Shown: positions 34,313-41,713 of the stretch, one piece after another
Numbering within the stretch: position 1 is the stretch's first letter
Layout of the letters: every line of letters begins with the position of its first letter
Virus record (IMG/VR): IMGVR_UViG_3300012942_000013
Location: 1 to 46,259 of that record
Reading direction: 5' to 3' (one strand)
Length of the DNA: 46,259 bases
Origin: a virus
Lineage: Duplodnaviria > Caudoviricetes
Program-made: the position numbers and the translations under genes
Notes under the pieces: generated by a model
Told to the model about the DNA's origin: nothing
Database searches by the model: none
Seen by the model: only the letters and a program-made list of their open reading frames with translations

Positions 34313-35425
34313 CTACTCCCTTCCCTCGATCTTTTTCTTGGTGAACTTCGTCTGGGTGTGGGTGTCGACGTGCTCGGTCAGCACGAACTCGCGGTGCTCC
34401 GGATCGCTCCGGGCCCACTCGATCGCGCGGACCAGGATGTCCCAGTCCTTGACGCGCCGAACCTCACTCGGAAAGGCGTTGAATTCCAGGTCACCGACGA
34501 CGATGCGACCGTTTTCTTCGACCCAGCCGCGCATCGCCGTCTGGAGCTTCCGGCTCTCCCGTTCGAGCGCGAGCTTCTTCTCGAAGGCTTCGACCGCCTC
34601 CTCGCCTGACTCGATGGGCGGTGCGTCGCGCAGCTGCGGCGGTATCGGACACTCGTCCGGCGCACAGCAGGTCGAGCACCAGGAGCCGTCGCGCGCCGGC
34701 CACTCGCCCGTCTGCATCGACCGCTCGAAGGCGAGGAGGTTGCGTTCGAGCGACCGCCTGAACTGGAAGATCTCGGCGCGGGACCAGTCGGCTTCGCGCC
34801 GGACGATGCCGCCCTCCTCGGTGCGGTAGCGCGGGTACTCCTCGTAGAACCAGGCGTGATCGATTCCGTGGCCGATCGGCAGCCCGGTGTCGGCGCGGAC
34901 GCCGAACATCGCCAGCAGCGCGTAGAGCTGCCCCTGGAAGACGCGGCGCATCTCGTCGGGCTTTTTGATCGCCAGCGAGGTTTTGGCGTCGCGGATGTAG
35001 AAGGTGTCGTTGGCGGCTTCGAGGAGGTCGATGGTCCCGGTGACCGTCCAGCCGGCGATCTCGATCCGCATCGGGATCTCGGTCCCGATGAAGGTCTCGG
35101 GGTCGTGGGCGTAGGACTCGGCCCAGTTGTAGGCGCAGAGCCGGACCACGTCCTCCTCCTCGGCCGAGAGCGTCCAGTCGAGATGCTCGAGCAGGATCGC
35201 GTCCGCGAGCTCGGTCGCCATCTCGCCCGGGTAGGTCGTCTCCCCTTCGCGCTGCAGCCAGTCGATGACCTGCTCGACCACCAGGTGGAGTGCCGTGCCG
35301 CGGGTCATCGCGTGGCTCTCGCGGTCGGGGTACTTCATCTCCAACATCGCGCTGTACGGGCACTTGTCGTGCCGGGACAGCAGCGTCTGACGGAGCGTCT
35401 CGGGGACGACGACGGTTCCGGTCAC
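34313..35425 (-). CDS. PD-(D/E)XK Cas4/RecB-like exonuclease
   Basis: KCPY, RGTALH, GTIDLL..IRDAKT, QGQLYA, CSTCCAPDECP. Confidence 0.85.
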   Translation of the reverse strand: MTGTVVVPETLRQTLLSRHDKCPYSAMLEMKYPDRESHAMTRGTALHLVVEQVIDWLQREGETTYPGEMATELADAILLEHLDWTLSAEEEDVVRLCAYNWAESYAHDPETFIGTEIPMRIEIAGWTVTGTIDLLEAANDTFYIRDAKTSLAIKKPDEMRRVFQGQLYALLAMFGVRADTGLPIGHGIDHAWFYEEYPRYRTEEGGIVRREADWSRAEIFQFRRSLERNLLAFERSMQTGEWPARDGSWCSTCCAPDECPIPPQLRDAPPIESGEEAVEAFEKKLALERESRKLQTAMRGWVEENGRIVVGDLEFNAFPSEVRRVKDWDILVRAIEWARSDPEHREFVLTEHVDTHTQTKFTKKKIEGRE

Positions 35426-35592
35426 AGCCGCTCCTTCGTGTCTTCGATCCACAACGCCTCGAAGGCATCGGCCTGGGCTTCGGACTCAAGGCGCAGCTCG
35501 TGCTCGATGTCGGCACGGCGCCGTTCCCGGTCCCAGAGGAATGCGAACAACGCGAGCAGGGTGGCGACGGCCAACGCCGCGACGCCGCTCAC
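35422..35592 (-). CDS. 56-aa membrane-anchored protein (not in ORF track)
   Basis: MSGVAALAVATLLALFAFLWDRERR...; GTGA overlaps at both ends. Confidence 0.6.
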   Translation of the reverse strand: MSGVAALAVATLLALFAFLWDRERRRADIEHELRLESEAQADAFEALWIEDTKERL

Positions 35593-36371
35593 GACTGCAT
35601 CTCCTCGAGCGCCGTGACCAGCGCTTCCAGGCGCTCCATCGAGCCGCGTGCGCTGTCGAGCGACCGTTTGAAGGCGGCTTTTGGCATCGCCGTCGGGTCG
35701 ACGTTCTTGTGAATCTCTTCGGCGCGAGCCACAAGCGCGAGCGCGGCGTCATCGCTGAGCGGCTCCGGCTCGACCGGCGCGTCGGGAGCAGCGGCGCCGT
35801 CGGCTTCGACCTCCAGCTCCACGTCGCCGATGGCCTCCTCGGCATCCCCGTGGTCGAGGACCTCGCCGAACTTCGCGGTGCCCCCGTTCTCCAGCCAGCC
35901 GTCGTAGCGGTCGCGCAGGTGCTTGATGCCGGACGCCGTGATGACCGTCTGCTTCTTGTCGCGGCCGGCCTTTTCCGTGAAGCCCGGATCAATCGCCACC
36001 GAGGGGATCGCGTAGAGCGAGACGCCGACGCCGAACTTCACGGCCGCCCGCTTCAGGGCATCGGAGTAGAGGCCTTTGCCCTTGTAGCCGGAGCCGACGT
36101 CCTCGCGGGTGATGCCGTCGATCGTGAGGCGGCAGATCAGCGAGCCACCGGCGATCTCGTAGTTGTCGAACCAGAGATGCGGCACGATCAGGTTCAGTCG
36201 CTCGATCACCAGTCGGGCGTCGATGTAGGCGGCGACGTGAAGACCGCCGACGATCTTGAACTTCACGGCGTTGCGGGCGAACGGGCGCCGAAGGAGCGGC
36301 GCGGCCTCGCGGAACGAGTCGACAGCACCGATTTGGGATGACCCTTCCTTAGGGGTCACGACCTCTGTCAT
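35589..36371 (-). CDS. Rad52/Rad22-family (Sak-like) single-strand annealing protein
   Basis: AYIDARLVIERLN, CRLTI..REDVG, KGLYSDALKRAAVKFGVG..LY. Confidence 0.9.
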   Translation of the reverse strand: MTEVVTPKEGSSQIGAVDSFREAAPLLRRPFARNAVKFKIVGGLHVAAYIDARLVIERLNLIVPHLWFDNYEIAGGSLICRLTIDGITREDVGSGYKGKGLYSDALKRAAVKFGVGVSLYAIPSVAIDPGFTEKAGRDKKQTVITASGIKHLRDRYDGWLENGGTAKFGEVLDHGDAEEAIGDVELEVEADGAAAPDAPVEPEPLSDDAALALVARAEEIHKNVDPTAMPKAAFKRSLDSARGSMERLEALVTALEEMQS

Positions 36372-36589
36372 TTCGCCTCCTCGATGACCCAGCCGAGCGC
36401 TGCAAGATCGCTGTCGTGCAACCCCAGGACATCGGATATCTGCTTAGCGCGGATCGCCGACGGGATGAGACCCCGGCGGTAGTTCGACACCTGGGATTCG
36501 GTCGCCCCGATCGCATTGGCAAGCGCTTTACCGGTCATTCCTCGCGCGGCGAGGAGGTCGTTCAGCTGTGTCGTGTGTTTGGGGGTCAT
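36368..36589 (-). CDS. Cro-like XRE HTH protein
   Basis: LLAARGMTGKALANAIGATESQVSNYRRG..P; divergent from repressor. Confidence 0.85.
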   Translation of the reverse strand: MTPKHTTQLNDLLAARGMTGKALANAIGATESQVSNYRRGLIPSAIRAKQISDVLGLHDSDLAALGWVIEEAK

Positions 36590-36600
36590 GCGACACGAGG

Positions 36601-36653
36601 AGTAAACCACGTCCGCCAAACATTTGCAAACGTATGTCGAAGGTCGGTACGTT
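36601..36653. promoter_or_regulatory. Divergent lysis/lysogeny promoters and operators
   Basis: Palindromic TTGCAA (36624-36629) with TACGTT on + and TTTACT on -; tandem CAAACATTTG/CAAACGTATG. Confidence 0.55.
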
Positions 36654-36700
36654 CTGACATCGCAGGGCACTCACCCCCCAAACCCACAGAAGGGCGATGA

Positions 36701-37147
36701 ATGAGACGAAGCACGCTCCCCTTTCCGCAGGCCTTCCGTGGCCTTCGGGAAGACCTCGACATGACGGAGCGCCAGGTCACCAAGGCGGCGCTCGCCCATG
36801 GCGGCCAGACCTTCTCCGTCATGAATCGGGTCTACATCGGGAAGACCGCCGTGCTGCCGCATCACATGAGAGCCGTCGCCCCCGTCCTCGGGGTCACCCC
36901 CGAGTACTTCGCCGAGTACCGGCTGTTCCAGGTCATCGGCCTCTTCGACATCAACGGCGACGGGCGCCGTGGCCTCGAGCCACTGCCGTTCGACCGGGCG
37001 ATGCACAATCTGGACCGCTTCGAAGACCTCATGCAGATGGCCCGCAGTCAGCAATCAGACGAAAGCGCCCATGACCCGGCGACGGTGGCCGCTGGACTCG
37101 AGGGAGAGGGCGCACCCGTTCGTGAAGCGTCAGACGAGCGCTCCTGA
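36701..37147 (+). CDS. Immunity repressor (XRE-like HTH)
   Basis: PFPQAFRGLREDLDMTERQV..MNRV..VAPVLGVTPEYF; divergent from cro. Confidence 0.65.
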   Translation: MRRSTLPFPQAFRGLREDLDMTERQVTKAALAHGGQTFSVMNRVYIGKTAVLPHHMRAVAPVLGVTPEYFAEYRLFQVIGLFDINGDGRRGLEPLPFDRAMHNLDRFEDLMQMARSQQSDESAHDPATVAAGLEGEGAPVREASDERS

Positions 37148-37373
37148 GCTCAGGAGGCTCCCCCACCGGGTCGCTCTCGTAGAGCGCCCAGAGCGCGAAG
37201 TAGGCGGTGGCGTCGAGGTACTGCGAGCTATCCGGCAAGTCGACCTCCCGAGACGATGGCGCTTTGCTCGCCGGTGACCCCTGGCGTAGCTCTTCTCCCG
37301 AATCCCCTGAGCGAGAGTCTCATTCTGATTACGAGATGAGATCCCGTCTATAGGACGTACGCCGACGTACTGC

Positions 37374-37589
37374 CTACCCACTCAACGACCGCTTGAGCAA
37401 TACCCGGTTGGCGGCCGCGACGATCTTGTCGTACTCGGATTTGCTCAGCCGCCCGGCTTTCAGTTGCTGCTTGGCCCGGGCCTTCGCGTTCGCGGCGTGA
37501 CTCCGATCCGGGATGGGGTAGCTCCGTCCCGGACCAGCGAACTGTGACGAGGGGAGCTTCTTTCGCGCCGCAGTCGAGAGCGTCGCCAC
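37374..37589 (-). CDS. Small basic protein (DUF6582-like)
   Basis: LSTAARKKLPSSQFAGPGRSYPIPDRSHAANAKARA. Confidence 0.7.
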   Translation of the reverse strand: MATLSTAARKKLPSSQFAGPGRSYPIPDRSHAANAKARAKQQLKAGRLSKSEYDKIVAAANRVLLKRSLSG

Positions 37590-37592
37590 GAT

Positions 37593-37805
37593 CTAGCCCT
37601 TGCCAGCCTGTGAACGGGCGATACCGAGGACGCCTAGGCCGGCGCTCGAGCCCCCGACGCCGATCCCCACGTCGGTGACGTAGTCGCTGAAGCTGAGCAC
37701 GTCGGGGTGGATGATCGCGATGGCGCCCCCGACGCCGACGATGATCAGAACGATCGCCAGCACGAGGATCGAGGTGAGCGGGGAGTTGTCGAGCAATTCG
37801 AGCAC
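37593..37805 (-). CDS. Holin-like membrane protein
   Basis: Two hydrophobic segments, directly after endolysin; AGGAGG SD. Confidence 0.65.
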   Translation of the reverse strand: MLELLDNSPLTSILVLAIVLIIVGVGGAIAIIHPDVLSFSDYVTDVGIGVGGSSAGLGVLGIARSQAGKG

Positions 37806-37814
37806 TGGGTCCTC

Positions 37815-38684
37815 CTAGAGGTAGGAACGAATTTCGTAGTCGGCGAGGGACTGCGGCCCCGGGCCGTCGACCGTGGCGCAGGAGCCACCGCCGAAGAGGT
37901 CGAAGACGCCGGCGTCGATCGGCGGCGAGCCGTGGCCGATCGTGGTCTCGGCCTTCGGGTCGTCGACGAGCTCGACGTGATGGTGTGGCGCCGGGCCGTA
38001 AAGGACGAGGTCACCGGTCTTCGCCTGGGCGCGCGAGACGCGCTTGCCGTGTTCACCCTGCGTCCCCGTGTAGCCGCCAGCAGTCAGCGTGTTCGGCCCT
38101 GACGGTGCCTCGAGATCACAGACGAGGTAGACACCGTCGCCGAAGGTCGAGCAGTCCCAGATGCGACCGAGCGCGTAGTCAGCGAGGACGTGCAGGTAGT
38201 CGCGGACGCCACCCGTCTCCGAGTAGTAGTTCCGCTGGAGGCCGACCGCGCAGTTGTGGGCCGCCGTGTGGATCGCGAGGCGCAGCCGCTGCCGTGCAGT
38301 ACCCCCCGTGATCTTGTGACCGTCGGGGCCGACCTTCGCCTTGTTGGCCTTGATCTTCTTCTCGTAGGCCGCGGCGCTGGTGTCGAGCTTGTTGATCCGC
38401 TGCTGGAGGGTCTTCGTGACGCCGAGGTAATGCTGCGCGCGGAGGTGGTTTCTGTAGGCGACGTGGGCGTGTTGGCGCGCCTGCTTGTCGTAGGATGCCG
38501 CAGCCTTCGTCAGACCCTTCGCGCGGCGCTGGTCGGCAAGCCGCTCGGCCTTCTCCTTCTGGTTCTCGGCGATGTAGGCCCGTTTGCGGTTGGCCTTGTA
38601 GCGGTGCTGGGCCCGGGCGAGCAGCTTCTGTTGGATCCCGAGCGATTTCGTGGCGGCCGCGAGAAGTTTCCTGAGTCGATTCAT
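37815..38684 (-). CDS. Endolysin: N-terminal coiled coil + NlpC/P60 peptidase
   Basis: WDCS, GYTGTQ, TGDLVLYG..HHVE. Confidence 0.8.
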   Translation of the reverse strand: MNRLRKLLAAATKSLGIQQKLLARAQHRYKANRKRAYIAENQKEKAERLADQRRAKGLTKAAASYDKQARQHAHVAYRNHLRAQHYLGVTKTLQQRINKLDTSAAAYEKKIKANKAKVGPDGHKITGGTARQRLRLAIHTAAHNCAVGLQRNYYSETGGVRDYLHVLADYALGRIWDCSTFGDGVYLVCDLEAPSGPNTLTAGGYTGTQGEHGKRVSRAQAKTGDLVLYGPAPHHHVELVDDPKAETTIGHGSPPIDAGVFDLFGGGSCATVDGPGPQSLADYEIRSYL

Positions 38685-38691
38685 GGCCGCC

Positions 38692-38713
38692 AGTGTCGTG
38701 AGATCACCGGACA
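38692..38713 (-). promoter_or_regulatory. Late-type promoter motif TGTCCG-N10-GACACT before leaderless endolysin
   Basis: 7 nt before ATG, no SD. Confidence 0.7.
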
Positions 38714-38748
38714 GAACGTCGCGAGATCACGCGACACCAGATTTCGAC

Positions 38749-39111
38749 CTATCTGTAACGGCCGTCGCAGTCGATGCCTTCGATATCCCTGATGCGTGCG
38801 CGGTGCACCGAGTTGCCTTCGGCCACGATCCGGTCGATCACCGATTGCGGCGTATCCGGGAGCAGGAGGCGCAGCCGTGGGTCGTCGCGTTTGACGATCG
38901 CTTCCCGCTGGTCTTCGATCTCGGCTTCTTTCAGCGGAGAGCTTTCGCAGTTCTCGACCAGCGCTCGGCGCAACTGCGATTCGCTCTGGGCGCGAAGGAA
39001 GACCGTTGCGCCGAGGGCGCCGACACCTGTGCCCGAGACGACAGCTGAGACGACGATCACGACGAAGCTGAGCCGCACGCCGAGCGCGCCCTTCTCAAGT
39101 CGCCTACGCAT
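38749..39111 (-). CDS. Membrane protein of lysis cassette
   Basis: N-terminal TM helix, two Cys. Confidence 0.6.
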   Translation of the reverse strand: MRRRLEKGALGVRLSFVVIVVSAVVSGTGVGALGATVFLRAQSESQLRRALVENCESSPLKEAEIEDQREAIVKRDDPRLRLLLPDTPQSVIDRIVAEGNSVHRARIRDIEGIDCDGRYR

Positions 39112-39412
39112 GGCCCAGGAAGGTCGCGATCACACCCAGGAGGGAGAGAGCGAGACCGGCGAAGGTCACCGAGACCGTGTAGAGGGCTTTACGGGTCTTT
39201 TCTTCCCCCGCTTCCCGCTTTGCGTCGCTCTTCTCGATCGCCTCTTCGATCTTGGTGATGTCGGAGCGCGCGTCGCTGACATCGTGCTGGAGGCCGACGA
39301 TCTCTTTCTCCTGGTCCACCTGTCTCACCTGAAACTCGCCGAGTTTCTTGTGCAGGCCACCGAGGCGTCGATCGTGTTCGGTCAGCTGGAACTGGAGTGG
39401 ATCCGCGCTCAC
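39104..39412 (-). CDS. Coiled-coil protein with C-terminal TM helix (lysis accessory)
   Basis: Heptads followed by hydrophobic C-terminus. Confidence 0.6.
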   Translation of the reverse strand: MSADPLQFQLTEHDRRLGGLHKKLGEFQVRQVDQEKEIVGLQHDVSDARSDITKIEEAIEKSDAKREAGEEKTRKALYTVSVTFAGLALSLLGVIATFLGHA

Positions 39413-41502
39413 ACTCGCCTCGCGATCAGCTGCTGGATGATGCCTTCTTCTTCCGGCGTCAGGATCTGGCGGCCGGGGGTGAGGATTTCATCGACCGGGA
39501 CTTCTCCGATCGAGACGGCGCGACCTTCAGGGGCGATGGGCTTGTCGCTGTACTTCGCGCCGCCCTTCACTTCGGTCCCCGCGCCCTGGTCGATAGTCGC
39601 GGTTTCACCGCCGTTGCCGTACGTGATGCCACTGCCGCCGGCCGTGAGTTCGCTCGGCTTGATCCCCAACTGCAGCGCGACCTTCTTCCCGAGGCCGGGG
39701 ACGTGGCCGACGTTGAAGGTTTCGAGGTAACTCTGCGGGGGCGAGCCGTAGAAAGCGAGTCCCTTGCTGGAGTTGTCGACGGAGGTCCCGAAGAACCGTT
39801 TTCCAATCTTCATGAAGGTGTGCACGCCGTTGTAGTAGACGGTCACGGCGCCGGGGCCCGGCTGCAACACCTGACCCATGTTCCCCGAGGTCAACGGCGA
39901 GTTCAGGACCCCGATCTTGTGCAGCACCCAGGACACCGCACCGCTGCAATCGAGACCGGTAGGGCTTTCTTCGAACGCACCGTGGCCACCGCCCCAGACG
40001 TAGGGAATGTGCCCGTGAGCCAAGGCTTTCGCCGCAGTCAGCGCTGCCTGGAACCGCGTGTAGACGTGGGGTTCGATCGGCCCAAGCGATTTGTGGTGGA
40101 GCACCATTTCAGGGTCGATCCCGGCTTCACGGGCGAGCGTCTTGGCTTGCGCCAGGTTCTTCACGGCTTCGGGGTCTCGACTTGCGTTGCCGGCGGCGAC
40201 AAGTCCTTCGGCCAGCGAGCGATACTGCGGGGCGCGATCGGCGCCCGTTTCTTCCTCACCCTGGACTTCCTGCCAATGGACCCACGCCGGGTTCCAGCTA
40301 CGTCCGTCCGCCAGGAATCGTTCGATCGCCGAGCGCGTGGCGTCCCGCGCATCGAGACGCTGCTGGACATTCCCGAAGCTCGGGCCTTCCTCGGCGAAGA
40401 GGCCGATGTGTGCTTCTTCCGGATCGGCGAAGTCGGCGAGCTGCCGCTGCTCATCGGCGTTCCCGGCCGACTCTGCCTCTGCCACGCCGACCCCTTCAGC
40501 CACCTCGGCGGGAGTCAGATTCGCGCCGATCTTCCGCCCCTCCTCAACCAGGAGCGTGCCGATTTCTTCGGGGGACAGCTGCCCGTGGATCTTGACGTGA
40601 CCAAGAATCCGAGACGCCGAGACGGCCTTCTGGGCCGCCTTCAGATTCGAGAGCGCTTCCCGGTTCTGCGGCGTCGAGATGACGCCCTTCTTGCTGATTC
40701 GCAGGGTTCCGTTCTTCAGCGCTTCGGCCAATTCGGCTGCCGTCGCGTTGCCGAGCGTCTTAGCGCCGAGCGGATCGCTCGCGTTCGGCTGCCCCTTGCG
40801 CTGCCGCGCCGCTGCTCCCCCTGGAGGTAACCCGTTCGGTTGTAGGAATTTGCCTTCGTTGAGGACTTCCGCGTAGGTCCGGTTGTTGTGCCGGACGACG
40901 TTGGGGTTCGAGTACCTGGCCGGATTTTTGTAAAAGACACCCCCGTCCTTCACGCCGGGGCCGACCTCAGGTGCCCCCTTCGTCCCAACCCTGGGAATCA
41001 GGTTCAGGAGCTCTTCCGTGGATGGACTCTTGATCTTCGGCGCCTGCGTACCGTCGACCAGGTGCGCCAGCGCGCCGCCGAAGGCTTCCGCCAGCACCCT
41101 CTGGGACGTTCCCCCATTCTGCGTGGACGCCTTCGAGGCGCGCTCCAAGGGTTCTACCCCCAGGTTGAGTGCGGCCTTGGCGGTCTGAGCAACCGTTCGA
41201 CCGCCGAGTAGGGGAGACGTCAGGTCGTCCAGGGCGTCGAGGACGTCGGAGATGTGCTCGATATGGTGGGTAGGCGACGGCGGCGTCAGGCCGGTCGCGG
41301 TGTAGGTGGCAGGCGAGTATTCGTAACCGGACGCCGACGGGAGCTCGGTATCCCGTGGCCCAGCTGGCACCCCGGGCTGCGGAGTCCGACCTTCGTGTTC
41401 ATGCCGAGAGGCGAGCGACGGAAGTCCCGACGTGCGTGGCCCTGGCGGCACGCCTGGCTGACGAAGACGGCCCTCGTGTTCGGCGAGGCGATTGCGCGCC
41501 AT
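39409..41502 (-). CDS. Virion ejection protein with lysozyme/SLT-like and NlpC/P60 domains
   Basis: VAEAESAGN..IGLF; IPYVWGGGH..GLDCSGAVSWVL..HTFM. Confidence 0.8.
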   Translation of the reverse strand: MARNRLAEHEGRLRQPGVPPGPRTSGLPSLASRHEHEGRTPQPGVPAGPRDTELPSASGYEYSPATYTATGLTPPSPTHHIEHISDVLDALDDLTSPLLGGRTVAQTAKAALNLGVEPLERASKASTQNGGTSQRVLAEAFGGALAHLVDGTQAPKIKSPSTEELLNLIPRVGTKGAPEVGPGVKDGGVFYKNPARYSNPNVVRHNNRTYAEVLNEGKFLQPNGLPPGGAAARQRKGQPNASDPLGAKTLGNATAAELAEALKNGTLRISKKGVISTPQNREALSNLKAAQKAVSASRILGHVKIHGQLSPEEIGTLLVEEGRKIGANLTPAEVAEGVGVAEAESAGNADEQRQLADFADPEEAHIGLFAEEGPSFGNVQQRLDARDATRSAIERFLADGRSWNPAWVHWQEVQGEEETGADRAPQYRSLAEGLVAAGNASRDPEAVKNLAQAKTLAREAGIDPEMVLHHKSLGPIEPHVYTRFQAALTAAKALAHGHIPYVWGGGHGAFEESPTGLDCSGAVSWVLHKIGVLNSPLTSGNMGQVLQPGPGAVTVYYNGVHTFMKIGKRFFGTSVDNSSKGLAFYGSPPQSYLETFNVGHVPGLGKKVALQLGIKPSELTAGGSGITYGNGGETATIDQGAGTEVKGGAKYSDKPIAPEGRAVSIGEVPVDEILTPGRQILTPEEEGIIQQLIARRV

Positions 41503-41520
41503 CAGCGGATCTCCTGCACC

Positions 41521-41560
41521 AATGTACGAGTTGCGACTGACCGCTCGAGAGGTCTACACT
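41521..41560. promoter_or_regulatory. Divergent promoters (GGTCAG-N10-TACATT on -, TACACT on +)
   Basis: Motif match upstream of 41502; TACACT 8 nt before ATG 41569. Confidence 0.55.
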
Positions 41561-41568
41561 CGCCGCCC

Positions 41569-41712
41569 ATGGTCGATTTCGATACTCCGATCGCCGTGAA
41601 GGTCCTCGCCGCCGTCCTCGTGCCCGTCGTGATCGCGTTGATGATCCTGGCGATCGTGCACGGCACCGTGGGGCCGCATGAAGTGGCCGAACTACGGCAC
41701 GCCGCCAAGTAG
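41569..41712 (+). CDS. 47-aa single-pass membrane protein (moron-like)
   Basis: MVDFDTPIAVKVLAAVLVPVVIALMILAIVHG...; opposite strand between two structural genes. Confidence 0.65.
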   Translation: MVDFDTPIAVKVLAAVLVPVVIALMILAIVHGTVGPHEVAELRHAAK

Positions 41713-41713
41713 T

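Noticed and set aside
34313-35425. Cas4-like gene as evidence of a CRISPR-Cas system
   Set aside because: No cas1/cas2 or array; context is a phage recombination module
37029-37373. Minus-strand ORF 37029..37238 and a possible promoter near 37345-37370
   Set aside because: Has a GGAGG SD but overlaps the repressor 3' end by over 100 bp, and the promoter spacing does not match the motif; left uncalled
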